Below are positions 35,348 to 49,190 of a DNA stretch of 64,000 nt, piece by piece. The position numbers and the translations under genes are program-made. This DNA comes from Gracilinanus agilis. Its lineage: Eukaryota. Under the pieces are notes generated by a model. That model worked only from the letters and a program-made list of their open reading frames with translations. It was not told the DNA's origin and made no database searches. Positions within the stretch are counted from its first letter, which is position 1. Every line of letters begins with the position of its first letter. The stretch is taken from assembly GCF_016433145.1 (NCBI RefSeq), contig NC_058132.1, positions 307,109,079-307,173,078 of the forward strand. Direction: 5' to 3'.

Positions 35348-35769
35348 CTGTAGAGACTTCTCAATGTAGATTGGTTATTCTATGGTTATTCAAATGAGAA
35401 GGGCCTAGCAATCTATACAGGGGAGGAAAAGGTGGGCTAAGGATGCCTATTTCCCTATTGAATGTACTTAGATAAACTAGCCGTTGATTTGGTCCATATC
35501 TGTACATATTATTTTGGATAAGTACTATAGATAGGCAACTGAAGAAGGAAAGCTGGCTGGCCTGTCTGCCACAGGGAAATTGCAATACTCCCAATTATCC
35601 CAAATTATTCCCTTACACAAAAGTCCCATCTTTTCAACACCACCTTTTTCTTTTTCTTCTATAGACATGAGATCATGGAACACCATGATCTCCAAAGAAT
35701 CAAAATTGATACGGTAAATTATTAAGAGATCCCTAAGAAAACTCATACATCAGAATCCTGTTCCATTTC

Positions 35770-35935
35770 ATTCTAAATATTACCAATATGTTAATATTTA
35801 ATATTTTATTTTACTAGTAAATTATTAATTTTAATTAATAAGAAAATAATTATTTTACTCATTATTAATGATCAATGCTATAATTAATTATTAATTATTA
35901 AATTATTATTTTAAATATTTAATAATAAACAATAG
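35770..35935. repeat. Extremely AT-rich low-complexity tract
   Basis: Almost all A/T, built from taat/atta units. Confidence 0.8.
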
Positions 35936-36159
35936 CAAAATGTTAGCAATAGCAATAATCAGGTCCCAAACAGCTTGATTTACTTAATGACTTCTGAAGA
36001 TAAAATTCCTAACCTCACACCCATATTCCATTCCCCTTGACCTTCATGTCTATAATGTAAAACAAGGATGCTGTGGATAAAAAGTATGGACTTTGTTCAA
36101 AAAGGAAACAGAGAAACTTCTTTTTCAAGGATGAATGGGAAAGAGGGAGGAGAATCGAG

Positions 36160-37010
36160 TTAGACAGAGCACTGATCTTAAACCAGAAGGCTTAATTTAG
36201 AAAGCCAATTCTACTGTTTATTAGCTGCATAACCCTGGACAGGTCACCAAACCTGTTGGGGCCTTGATTTCCTCCTCTTTTTACTCAAGTAATAATACTT
36301 GGACCCCACCACCTCCACGGGATTATTGAGTCAGCAATGTGTAAACCTTCAAGCACCACAGAAATGGGATCATTAAGTGTGACCTATTTGCCATTCCATG
36401 GTTCCATGAAATGGGTGTGTAGAAGAGCAAATATTCAAACAGCTAATATGATAATAAATCTAATCATGTAGGAAGCTGTTAGGAACCAGCAAGGCCAAGT
36501 TTTCAGGTGCAGTTATGAAAGTGTTGTTAGATAAAATCTCTTAAAAGAGTTGTCTTTCTTGGCACTGCAATTCAGCCAGACCGAGCACCGTGAGTCATGG
36601 CAGGGACCCTATTTTGCTCAAAGTAATGAAGTATTCCTATACAGGCCACATGGCATAATAATGATATACAGAGCCTGCCTTGGGGTCAGGAAGACTTGGG
36701 TTCAAATCGTGTCTCTCCCATACGATGTAATATAACACTGGGAAAATCACTTCCCCTTTCAGGGGCTCAAATAGTTCTTTAAGGCAACTAGATGGTATAA
36801 TGGATTAAACACAGGATTTGGAATTTGAAAAGCCTGAGTTCAAATCCTGCCTCCTTTGTTAACTAGTTGTGTGGCCCTGGACAAGTCACCTAACCTCTTA
36901 ATCTCAGTTTCTTCACCTGTAAAATGGGAATACTAAAAGTATTACTCTTGGGATTGCTGTGAGGATCATATGAGGTGGTATAAGCACTTTCCAAACTTTA
37001 AAGCAGACAA
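36160..37010 (+). mobile_element. Cluster of MIR-family fragments
   Basis: Core SINE motifs near 36200, 36670 and 36830 (gggttcaaatc; cctggacaagtcacctaacctc); unique DNA lies between them. Confidence 0.6.
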
Positions 37011-37049
37011 ATGGTATTATTTATACCATATGAAACAATAAATGGTATT

Positions 37050-37258
37050 TTTTTTAATTTCAAAATCCTTACCTTCCATCTTAGAAATCAATATTGTGTA
37101 TTGGTTCTAGGGCAAAAAAGCAGTAATGGCTAGGCAATGGGGGTTAAGTGACTTGCCCAGGGTCACATAGCTAGGAAGTATCTGAGGTCAGATTTGAACC
37201 CAGGACCTCCTGTCTCTGAACCTGGCTCTCAATCCACTAAGCCACTCAGCTAAGCCCC
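37050..37258 (-). mobile_element. SINE1_Mdo-like SINE with TSD
   Basis: taaatggtatt at 37039-37049 and 37259-37269. Confidence 0.9.
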
Positions 37259-38559
37259 TAAATGGTATTATTTTTTCCTAAGACTATACATTGCCAAACT
37301 ACATTGCTAAAAGGAGTCCTTTCATGTGTAAGCACACTACACCGATCATAGATCTGAATCTGATATCCTTCCTCCCCTCAAAAAAAATTCATTAAAAAAA
37401 GCTTTTGTCTAAGAATAGAGAATTATTATTAACACCCCAACCATGCTTACTTAACCATAAGAAAAATTTCTATCCAAGATCATAACTATGTTCATGTGTA
37501 TTCATGTCTATGAAGGCTTGGAAAATGAGATTACAACATTCAGGAAAACTCTGTCATCAACTCAAGAATAGGTAAATGGTGAATTGCAAAGAGTACTGGG
37601 TTTAGAGCCTGAGGACCTGGGTTCAAATTCCAGCTCTGCTACTTGCTACCTTTTTGACTTTAGGCAAGTTACTTAACCTCCCTAGGACTCAGTTTCCACA
37701 TCTATAAAATGAAAGACCTCTTTTGTGTCTTCCAGCTCTAGATCCTGTGATCCATGTGACTAGTAAAATCTATCTGAATGTTAGTGTCACCCCTTTGCTC
37801 AAAATACTGCATGGCTCCTCACTGCTCAATGTATGCCATAAGGTAAAGTCCAAACTCCTCAAGAGACAGGCAGGACCTTCCTTCATCACTTCACAACTGA
37901 ACTTATTGCCAGAGACTACTAGTTGTTCTGCCTGCCTCAAATAACTCCCCATTCCAGTCCACCCTGCATTTAACCGTCAAAGTGATCTTCCTAAAACACA
38001 GCTCTGACCATAAACTCTACAAACTCCAGTGGCTCCTTCTTTCCTCCAAATTCAAATATAAAATCATAATCAATTTTCCTAGCCCTGCCTCATGCCAATC
38101 TCCTTGGCAAATTATTCATTTCAACCAAACTGATGCAAAACCCATGTGCACTCTTCCATAATGATGAGAGCAAGCCCCTCCCTCATTTAAAGTCTCATTT
38201 GAAAAGGATCTCATTGATCCACTAGCCCAATCTGTACCTGTTGCTAAAAACTAATTCTTTGCAAGTTCATTCAACATATATTTATTAAGTTCTTAATATG
38301 TGCCAGGCACTTTTCTAGGGGCTAGGGCTATTTTTTTTAATTGTCCTGCCTCCAAAAGCTTACATTCTATTTCTCCTAATTTAGCCTTCTAGTACAAAGC
38401 AAGGCAAGCCTAAGTCCTTTCTTAATAAAATAATAATGGCTAGAATTAATATAGCACTCTAAGTTTTGGAAAGCGTTCTACAATTGTTTCTGTGTCTCCC
38501 TTTGCTCTTACATTTTCCAAACTGGGCACCTCTTCTGCTCAACAAATCCCCAATGGCCT

Positions 38560-39620
38560 CTTCTGTGTTCATTCTAACTTGCAAGAGCCTTCTTAAAATA
38601 TGGTGCCCAGAACTGGCCACAATATTGCAGATTTGGCCTCATTAAGGCAGAGAAGAACTGAACTATTGCCTCCCTTTTTCTGGACTCTATGCTTCTCGAT
38701 ATAGCCTATGATTACATTAGCTATTTTGGGCGAACATGTAACATTGTTGACTCACAGTTCATTAAAACCCTCAGGTCTTTTTTACGTAAACTGTTGTCTA
38801 GCCAAATGTTCTCCACCCTGGGCTTGTGCAATTGGTTTTTTGAACCTAAGTAAGAATTTGAACTTACCACTATTCAATTTCATCTTATTAGATTTGGAGC
38901 CCTAGTCTTGCCATGAAGACCTTTGGTATTTGTACACCATAGTAGAAATACCCAGTTTCATGCTATACAAAAATCTGATAGCATTTTACCTAACCTTTAA
39001 CCAAGTCATTGAAAAAAATGTTGAACAAAATAGGTCTCTGAACAGAACTTCAGGTCATTCTATTCCAGCCCACCTTCTTGGCTGACATTGATCCACTAAC
39101 ATCCATTCTTTGGGTCTATTCATTAAGCTATTTCAAACTCACCTATTTATAATATAACATCTTTCTATCTTGTCTCCAAGATTAATAGGAGAGACATGCC
39201 TCACTAAAATCTAGATCAATTATTCTGTGACTTCACCTGACCTACCATTCAAATAATTATCAAAAATGTAAATTAGTTTTTTTATTTTATTATTTATTTC
39301 AGCTATATTTATGCTGGCTCTCAGTGATCAATCTATCCCTAAGTTCTCACAAATCAATAATGCATTCCAAAATCTTGCCAAGAATTTAAGTCAACCTTAC
39401 ACCAACCTGTAGTTTGAAAAATCCATCTTCTTTCTCTTTTTGAAAATTGGAACATTTCCCAACATTTAGTCATATATTGCTTCCATTTTCTTTTATATTT
39501 TTTTAAAGTTCACTACAAGTGATCCCATAAGCATATCTGTAAGTTCTTTTCATATCATGAAATACAGTTCAAGGAAGTTTGGTTTCTTGAATTCACTGAA
39601 GGGAGCTCAATGTTTTCTCA
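38560..39620 (-). mobile_element. CR1/L3 LINE fragment
   Basis: Antisense CR1 RT signature (tggtgcccagaactggccacaatattgcagatttgg; ccaagtcattgaaaaaaatgttgaac). Confidence 0.75.
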
Positions 39621-41529
39621 CTATATATATGTATGTATATATCCTCTCTTATTTTTAGTTATTTCCTATTATCCATTTTTGCCTTCCTATCTTAAAACCA
39701 TTGCCCTTTGTAGAAAAAATCAAAATAGGAGTTGAGTTGTTCTGCCTTCTTTCAGAGATTCTAACACCTAGCCATGACCCAAGCCTCTCTTTCTTGCCCA
39801 GTTTTATTTTGAGAGGTTTAGGTTAAAGACAGGAGAGATATTTTGAGAACTGTGAACCTACAGTCATAGAAATGTATGTCATGGAAGCAGAAAATACAAT
39901 CCAGAAACAACAAAGATTCAATATCAAACTGACTAAAAACAAGATAGATATTAAGCAAATGAACATAAAAATGAAGAAAGGAAAAATAATAATTCTGAAG
40001 AAATAGTGCAATGCATTCTAAAACTATGAGAATATATTTGAGGGGAAAATTTTATTCAAGTCAATATCCTTTATTATCTACATAGAGTATAATGTGGTAG
40101 AGAAAGTTTTAACTTCTTCAGCAAGAGACTTGGTTTCTTTCCCTATACCTGACTTTAACTAGCTAAGTGACCTTGGGGAAATCAGTTTCCCTAAGACTCT
40201 GTTTCCCCTTATGTACAGTGGGGATGATCATATCTATCTTCTCTCTGTCATAGCTTTGTTGTGAGGATCAAATGAAATAACATAAGATCAGTTTCCAAAT
40301 TTAAAAGAAGAATTCAAATGTGAAGCATTATTACCATTAATAAAAATCCAATCTGAGCAACAAAGGCTACTACAGAATCCTTATCCCTAAACACCTTGCA
40401 AATAAAACTAGGCTACTTATCAGTTCAGTATCAATTAAATCTAGCCCTGTGTAGAAGCAAGAGATTAGATTACATGACTTGGGGTAGTCTCTTAGAGCTG
40501 TCAACTCTTTTCCTTGGATGAGACCTTAAGGGCATCTCTAACAAATGATCATTCTGCTTTCTGTTTGAATATTTCCCTTAATGGAGAACTCATTATTTAA
40601 TGAGGCAACTTATTCCATTGTCAGGCAATGTTTATCTTTTTCAAATTCAACCCATATCTGCTCCCATTGGTCCATTCTACTTTTAGAAGCTTTGTGCACT
40701 CACACATATACCCAAATCCAACCCCTATATACATGACAGTAATTCTTCAAAGTAATTGAAAACTATTGTTGTTATACCCCAACTGCCCAGGTAACTCATA
40801 ACTAAAAATAGAGGAAAAGAAGTTCACAAGTTTTAAAAGACCTATGTTCATGAAAAGTACTCCAAACAGTGGCACTTTTCTGTTGAAACATACCCAATCC
40901 TAAAGAAAGCATGTTAAATCTAATCAAAATGTTATTAACTCTGATATGATCTCCTAATCTTTTTCAGGTGCATCTCACATTCAGAATCTTTCCTTGGTTT
41001 CCAAACAACAAGTTGCTTCTTGTACCAAAAGATATGTGACTTGAGATATCTGTTTATCTTAAGTAACCACTGAAAGATATGTTTATAACTTTATGGGAAT
41101 GTCCTACAAGCCTGTTAAACAACATCTGCTATTGTTGTGTATAAGTGTATGTACACACGTGCTCGTGCGTGTTTCATGGTTTATTCTCTTTTATGGAGCT
41201 GTCAAAGAGAAAGAAACTTTTTTTAAATATGCTTTTGTTGCTAAGTAAATGAAAAAATCACAACACAGAGCCATACATAATAACTCACAAATAGTTGGAG
41301 GAGAAACCTAATGGCCAACATACCCACAGAGAAGAATCAGAGAATGGACTTTATACAGACGCAATCTTATATGTAGACAGAACCGTGTTCCTCCTACTTG
41401 GTATGATTCCAAGAAATCACACAAATCAAAACAAAGATTCCACCAATCATACTCTATCCTCATTGAATTTCTTAGAGGACAAAATCTTTCATTTCACAGG
41501 AAGAGAGCAGGCCTACAATGCAAATTCAA

Positions 41530-42125
41530 TTCAAACATTTATTGAATATCTTCTTTGTACAGGGTATAGTGCTAAACAATGGGAACAAAACCAAAAGACC
41601 AAAACAAAAACAAAAACAAAAATCCAGCCCTTGCCTTCAAGGAGATCATATTCTACAGAGATAATATCACATATACAGAGATAAATAAAGGCATGGCATG
41701 AGAGAGCACCAATAACTATAGGATCTAGGAAAGACTTCATAAAGGAAGCAGAACCTAAGCTGCACCTTGAAAGAAGAAATGGATTCTAAAAGGAAGAGAT
41801 GAGGATGGAATGCTTTCCCAGCATGAAGGACAGCCTGTGGCAAAAGCACACAAATAGGAGAAGGAATGTCAAATTTGGAGAATAGATTTTAGGTCAACTT
41901 GGTGGGAACAGTTGGTGGAGGAAAGTAATATGAAATGTCTCAAAAGGCATGTGGAAGCCAAAATGTAGAGGGCTTTGAATACCAGGCTGAGGAATTTGTT
42001 CTTTGGCCAAGAGGCAGCAAGAAAGCATTGGAGAGTTTTCAGAAGGTGAATTACAGGCAGAACTGAATCTAATGATTATTAATTTGGCAGCTAATGCAGA
42101 GAGAGTCAGTTTTCCAAGGTCTAGC
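41530..42125 (-). mobile_element. L2 fragment
   Basis: ttcaaacatttattgaatatc...cccttgccttcaaggag...ggctttgaataccaggctgaggaattt. Confidence 0.75.
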
Positions 42126-42579
42126 ATAGACAGATATGGAGTAAACGATCTCCAGGAGGATGGCTATCAGTGATGAATTCTTTGCCAATGAGAACATAAG
42201 CAAGAAAGAAAAATACAAAATGGCCCTCGTTCCTGTTCAGTCAGTTTCATCTGTGATGGTGGCATGATGTTGAGAAAAGGCAGCAGAAGAAAGAGTCTTA
42301 TATCACCAATAAACTTTAATTTGGTCCTCTAAATATGAAATTCTTAACTCGTGATATACTGCCAGAGAAGCCAAATCATACCAATCTTGACTCTCTCACT
42401 ATACATGAAACCCGAAGAAAGAAGGAAGTAGGAACCAAACTGAAGGAAGGCTCACAGTTACTTATTGGAGAAGCAAGGAAAGGAATTGGAAGGGTCAGTG
42501 TTAGCCATATACCCAAAGTCAAGAAGAATGATTATTTATTTAATGGAATTTTTGTTCATCTCATATCACAGTATTTGGG

Positions 42580-42760
42580 TTTTTTTTTAACTCTTAGCTT
42601 CTATCTTAGTATCTTCTAAGACAGAAGAGTGACAAGGGCTAGGAAATTGAGGTGAAGTGGCTTGCCCAGAATCAGACAACTAGGAAGTGTCTAAGGCCAA
42701 ATTTGAACTCAAGTCCTCCTGATTCCAGGCCTCAATTCACTTTGCAACCTAGCTGCCCCA
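42580..42760 (-). mobile_element. SINE1_Mdo-like SINE (antisense)
   Basis: tttttttaactcttagc...gcaacctagctgcccc. Confidence 0.85.
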
Positions 42761-43384
42761 TATCATAGCATTTATAATAAGCATTTTTTATAAAAACCAT
42801 CATAAAACAATTGAAATATCAGTTAAGGAGAATGAAGCAATGCAAAAATCTTAGAATGATTTGATGTCACCATCAAAATTAATTCTCCACCCACATTTTG
42901 ATATCCTCTGATTTAAAATAAAAGGTGAAAATGTGTAAGGATGTAGAGAACTTTATGAGGTGGGGGGGAGGAATGGCTCAGAAAGAAGGAAAGAGAAAAG
43001 CAGATTGCATAGAAGCCTCATGGCCTCATCTGATGAACACTTTCTTCAAGAAGAAAATTAGTAGATGCTGAGCATGGCAAATACCAAATAACATGACAAA
43101 GATGATTTATTAAATTTTAATAGACAAGAAGAGACAAGCCAACAACTTGTCAGAGACAAGATCAAAATTAACACAAAACAATAAGAAAGAATAACACGAT
43201 GATGAGGCATACAATTGAAACAACTTGGTCCCAATCTACTTAAATAAATAGATTAGCAAAATAGATAGCAAAAATAATAGCCACCCCAATTATGATAATT
43301 TATATAAAAGTGATATAAATAAATTGTCAGAACATGACCAAAAGAACCTAAAAAGTAACTTAGCAAACACTTTACTTATTGTCA

Positions 43385-44202
43385 AAGCAAGGAGAAAGAG
43401 ATATTGGCAAAAGTGTACTTTTAACCAGCTTTCCAAAAAGAAGGAAAAAGAAAAAGTATGCAAGATACACTTTTAAGTTTAAATTGCATTATTAACATTT
43501 CCTCTATCTTCTTAAGTCTAAATAATCAACAAAATGAGAAAACTCTAATTTATAGTATTTGCCAATTGGGGAATGGCTGAACAAATTGTGGTATATGCTG
43601 GTGATGGAATAGTCTTGTGCTCAAAGGAATAATAAACTGGAGGAATTCCATGTGAACTGGAAAGACCTCCAGGAATTGATGCAGAGTGAAAGGAGCAGAG
43701 CCAGAAGAACATTGTACACAGAGACTGATACGCTGTGGTAAAATAGAATGTAATGAACTTCTTTACTAGCAGCAATGCAATGACCCAGGAAAATTCTGAG
43801 GGATTTATGGAAAGGAATGCTACCCACATTCAGAGGAAGAACTGCAGGAGTGGAAACAGAAGTAAAATAACTGCTTGAACACATGGGGTGATGCAGACAT
43901 GGTTGGGGATGTAGACACTAAATGACCACACCAACTATGAATAATATATAAATAAGTTTTGACTGATTACACATGTTAAAACCAGTGGAAATGCAAGTTG
44001 GATATGGGGGGGGGGTAAAGGAGGGCTGAAGGGGAAAGTAAAAACAGGAATCATGTAACCATGGAAAATTTTTCTAAAAAAATAAAATATTTAACTCTAA
44101 CCCCCCCAAAAAAATATAGTATTTGCCAACTTTTGAGGTGTAAAATCCTCACAGTGAAAATTTAACAATCAAATTCAAAAGTTCAAGCTAGTCACAACAC
44201 AT
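43385..44202. mobile_element. MER63-like hAT element split by an L1
   Basis: cacttttaagtttaaattgcattattaacatt ... [L1] ... gaggtgtaaaatcctcacagtgaaaatttaacaatc; same family as 20917-21385. Confidence 0.6.
43566..44114 (+). mobile_element. 5'-truncated L1 with a perfect 15-bp TSD
   Basis: tatagtatttgccaa at 43551-43565 and 44115-44129; L1 3' end between them. Confidence 0.92.
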
Positions 44203-45165
44203 CCTTGAAAGTAGGCCAAAAAAAAAAAAGAACAACTGGTTTTAGAATGTAAACTCAATTTGTAAAAACTTGTGAAGAAAGATGTAAGATGATTATAAGC
44301 AATATTGTCTCAGGAAGACTATAGCACAACAAAAGATAAAACTGAAGAAAAAATTTCTTTAGGAAACTAAGTGTAATCATCATAAGGGCATTTGAAGATG
44401 AAATGGAAGCACAAGTAGTATATAGAAAATGGAAAAATTCTGCAAAGGTTTCTAGTAAAAATTATTTTTTACTCTCATCACCAGTAGAATGGGATCACTC
44501 AGAGTCTGATATTAAAATCCTGGATATGTTTATAAGGGACATATAAGTGTCACCAAAAAGGACAAAGATGAAAAAAGCAGCTGGACTGAAACAAATTGTA
44601 CATGGAGAAGATCCATGCTAGAAGAAACACAGTTATAAGGGCATTGAAAGATTGATTCACAAGGTATCTAATGGAAGGAGAAACACTGAAGATATAGTAA
44701 AAAAAATCTCAGAACCTATTAATAACAAAAAAAGGAGATCAAGAGAACAACAAAAACTATCAACCTAGAAAGAAGCCTTTCTATGCACCAATTAAAGGCA
44801 TCTTCAAGAAAAGTATTTATAGGTAACAAGGAGGCATTAGTTAGCAATATTCTACAATGGTCCACATCTCTACTATTTCACAATTGAGACATATAAAGAA
44901 TACAAGACCCCTCTGTGGTTATTGTTTGTTAACTGTGAAAAGGCATTTAACTTGGCAGAGTAAATGCTACCTTAAAGTTTCTCTTTCAACAAGGCATCTA
45001 TGTACAAAGACTTTTAAGAAGTCAGTTGAAGCAGAAACAAAGATAATGTTGTCATAAGAATATATGAAATCATTTGGATACAAAGAGGAATAAGACAGAC
45101 TTTGGGAAAGACTACCCACCTGGTAAAGAGGTTTGATAATATTAGTAATGAATTATCTAATGAGG

Positions 45166-45306
45166 NNNNNNNNNNNNNNNNNNNNNNNNNNNNNNNNNNN
45201 NNNNNNNNNNNNNNNNNNNNNNNNNNNNNNNNNNNNNNNNNNNNNNNNNNNNNNNNNNNNNNNNNNNNNNNNNNNNNNNNNNNNNNNNNNNNNNNNNNNN
45301 NNNNNN
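45166..45306. other. Assembly gap (N run)
   Basis: About 141 Ns. Confidence 0.98.
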
Positions 45307-46400
45307 TATTAATTTCTTAGACTTCCTTAATGAAAATTTCGATGTCACTTAAGAAAACAAAGATGGACAAAGCTACTGGACTAGAATATACTCACAGAAG
45401 GTCTGTGCTTAAAGAGAGTATATCAAAAGCTTGATAAAATATCAGAGTTTATAATTACCAAAGTAGGCAACCAAGAAAACACTTACAACTACCAATAATG
45501 CACATACTTTCCCACCTATGCAAAAAAACAAAAATATTACCATATCAATGGCATCCTTAATAAGAGTATCAAAAAGCAACAAGAAGGGTTTTGGAAGTAA
45601 TGTCTTTAAAATAACAATGGATTGGAATCTGTAGTCTTTAAGATCCCTTAGTTTGTTATTTGTTGACAACAAAAAAACCATTTTATTTGGTAATGTAAAA
45701 TGGTACCTTAAAGGTTTACTCCTAATATGGTGCTTCCCATGAATGTCAAAATAATATGAGAAATCTTAAAAGATGAAGCAGCAGAATAAACTTTGTTCAA
45801 TGATCCTTTGATTATTAACATCAAATGATGCATAAAGGAGGGAGACAAATCTTTGCCAAAGGTTCTCATCACTATTATAGTAGAGTTCAAAAATAAAGTC
45901 CAAGTCAAAAAGAGACAAGATCCTCCAGATGTTCCTGTTTGTGGATGAGATTGTGCTGATTTCATCAAGTCCTGGAACACAGTAGAGCCTACTAAAGGAG
46001 ATTCATAGTCATTCAGAAGTTTATCTTAACTGTCTGCAAAGGAAAAACCAAGTGAATGAAGAATGTCTTTTGTCCAGACCCAGATATGCAGTTGGATCAA
46101 TGACTTAAGGAGCTCCTCCATTAGGCTATCTCTCTAGGACTGACACTGCTAATGGACTATGGGCTAGGCCCAGAGTTGTGGATTAGGAAAAGAGTAGATT
46201 GTATTATCTTTGGGAGATTGCTCAGTTTCTTTAATAATACCAACTTACTGAAACAAAGACATTCTTTTTAGCACAATTATTTTTCCAATAATATCCAGCT
46301 ACCAGTCCCTAAAGAACAAAAGATAAGGATCATGTCATGGTGGATATATAGTAAGCAGGCTGCAACAAGTTGCAAATACAAAATTTGTGGGACAAATACT
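45307..46400 (+). mobile_element. Second RTE RT-domain fragment
   Basis: KMDKATGL (~45360), KIP..LFVDNKK (~45640), IINIK*CIKEGD (~45810) and LQMFLFVDEIVLIS (FADD-like, ~45920). Confidence 0.75.
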
Positions 46401-46449
46401 GTAAAGATATCAAATGTGTGATTAGAAAATGCAAACATTTTCTAATATA

Positions 46450-47150
46450 ATACATACATCAATAATCATTTATTAAGCATTTACTATATGACAGATATTG
46501 CACTTTGGCATGTGCAATGAAAAAAAGAATGACATAGTCCCTGCCCTCAAGGTATGACATTCTAATGGAGAAGCAACATGTAAATAATTAAGTATACCAA
46601 CAAATAGATAGAAGGTAACCTTACAGGACAAGGGGAGCCTCTAGCACAGGAGCATAACAGGCAAGACTTTCCAGCAGTAAATGAGATTTGAGCTAAGACT
46701 TGAAGGAAAACAGAACCAGGGATTCTCAGAAACAGAGGTGAGGATCAAGAATTTCCTAGGCATAGTAAGCAGTATATGCAAAGGCAAAGGCAAAAGATGG
46801 ATTGTTATGTTCCATATGGAAGCCGGTATAACAATTGTTTACAGTGTATGGAAGGAAGGATAGGATAAGAAAACAGGAAAGGTATGAGTTGCATAGCAAA
46901 ACTGATGCACAACCTGTGGAAAGCCTACATGTTCCTTGGGTATCAATGCAATGTGAAAAGAACCCAAGGTTGGTTGTCAGCACATTGGATGCACTACTCA
47001 TGGGGAATTTATGGAAGGATGTGAATGAATGGATGGATGGAAAAATCATTATTAAACATTATGTGCAGAACACTGTGCTAATCACTGGAAAGATACAATT
47101 AGAAAAACAAGACTGTGATCTCAAAGATCTCATATTCTAATAGGTGACAT
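46450..47150 (-). mobile_element. L2 fragments
   Basis: catttattaagcatttactatatg; gtccctgccctcaagg; gagatttgagctaagacttgaagg. Confidence 0.7.
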
Positions 47151-48689
47151 AAATAGAAAGTTTCAGATATGTGTCAGATGAAAGATCCCATGGACCTTAA
47201 GTAACAAGCCACCAAAAAGATGATGATGGATTGCTTTAAAGTTTTTCCACTAATGAAACCATATTCATTTCTACTGTTGAATCATTTGACATTACCAAGT
47301 ATTTTGGCAGTGATAGCTTTCTTTTCTGGGTCTTCAGCAGCTGTGGTTTCTAAGGGCATATAGAATATAATAACTGCAAAAGCAGGTACCATGTTGTATT
47401 TCTACAGAAATTGATTCCCTGGTAGCAAATTGAAATAAGAAAGGGCCATGAGTCCATACCCATATGGATGATATATTTACAATTTTAAAATGTGAGGTTT
47501 GGATTGCATACAGGAGTATTATGGTCCACCAACCATGAATTTGACACCTTATCCCTAGATTATGGCTGTAGGTTCAGTGCTAGAAACAGAGTCAATAATT
47601 TGATTTGTATTGCTGTATTGCTAATTGAATTCAGCTTTTGAGAAGAGATGGCAATAGAGGAGGTAAGAGTTATTTCATTTGCCTGGCATATTCTACCTTT
47701 TGTATCTTCTTAATTAGTCCTTGCTGCTTCATCCAGACTGGTTTGCCTTACCTATAGATGATTCTTGGTCTACTATAAATGAATATGACTTCAGGGAGGT
47801 TGCTTCCCTGGATGATGGCTCCCAAGAAGCCTTTCTGGTCTAGCTGGGCTAGGTCTTATAGGGATCAGCCTACAGAGATAGGCCTGCCCCCTGTCCTCTT
47901 CCATTGGACATCTCACTAAATAATATACTCAACCAGAAGCTTCTGATTGGTCCCCATGGTCACTATCACTGTGTGCTGTACTGAAAATGCTTGGTTACTG
48001 AGCAGAAAGAACTGATCATTCAGCAGGCATGAAAAGAAACAGTTTCTGTCCTTGATCTCTCTCATCCTTGCTTTGGCTCTCCTAATGGTTCTCATTATAC
48101 AGATTAAGTCATCATTGGCCCTTGGTGAAATGGTGAAGAAACACTTCTAATTTCCTCTTTCAGAGCTTTCTCTTATGCTCCAATTCTGTTTTCAATTTTT
48201 TCTCTTTTTTTTCTCCCATGATTGTAGCTTATTACCAGATTGGCCACAAAGTGATTAGCATTTTTGGTCACAAAAACTCTTAAAAACTATTTCATAAGAT
48301 GTTGAAGGATTTCAATCTACAGCCATGAAAGGAGTATTCATATCAGCAAAAACATTGAACCTTAAAACCCTTGAAGTAAAGTTTTAATTTTCTTGACTAT
48401 GGAGAGATTTTTTTGTCTTAAAATTTATATTTAAAGTAAGTAATAATAACATTTCTAATCCTTGGTACCCTGAAAACACTCAGTTTCAAATCCTGGCTTT
48501 TCTATGTGCTAACTGTATAACTTTCAGCAACTCACTTATGTATTATGAGACTCGATATCCTCACCTGTAAAATGAGGAGAATACTGATAATCTCATAGGA
48601 TCTTTGTGAAGATCATCAGAAATAATCTATGGAAAATGTTCCATAAGTACATTTTTACATATGGGAGGTAAACTGATAGTTAATTTCCT

Positions 48690-49190
48690 CACTATAATAG
48701 GATTGCATTTAGGCCTCAACAATTCAAAAGTGATATGTATAGAGATTTTGAGCAGTTAGAAAATAAAATAGAAGTATGGAATAGGATACATACTTTCAGA
48801 AATGGTCAAAATGTTGACTTGTTTTAACTATATTAATTTTATACAAAGATTGTTTCTTGAGGGTTAGGGATTTCATGTTAGCAGAAAATGGCAGAGAGGA
48901 AACAAAGATGGGTAGGAGGGAGGGAAGAAGAGAAGAAGGGGGAAAGGGAGGAAGGAAGGAAGGAAGGAAGGAAGGAAGGAAGGAAGGAAGGAAGGAAACA
49001 AATATAACTTAAAGAGAAAGCAAGAAGCCATTCATGAATTATAATCAAACTGGGGAAATTGTTAATAATTTTTATATGCTATATATGCTTTTAAAACAAC
49101 ATGTAAAAGAAATTAATAGTTTCCTATAAAATCCTCTTTTTATTCTCTTGGTATTTGAAGGTTTGTTGGAAATTTTTGAATTAAAAAACA
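48690..49190 (+). mobile_element. Old L1 3' UTR containing a (GGAA)n expansion at 48950-48997
   Basis: L1 3' UTR-like motifs flank the purine repeat. Confidence 0.6.

Larger units (their letters stand above)
42330..45165 (+). mobile_element. Ancient RTE LINE (APE plus RT domains 1-4) with nested SINE, MER63-like and L1 insertions
   Basis: LDSLTIHETRRKKEV (ORF 42335), MNTFFKKK (~43040), KKAAGL (~44575), KNYQP (~44755), EYKTPLWLLFVNCEKAF (~44897) and IQRGIRQ (~45080). Confidence 0.8.

Noticed and set aside
40802-40811. Perfect MEF2 site CTAAAAATAG
   Set aside because: An isolated AT-rich 10-mer with no supporting cluster.
41295-41684. 129-aa ORF
   Set aside because: TTG start; it runs into an L2 and an A-rich microsatellite; no homology recognised.
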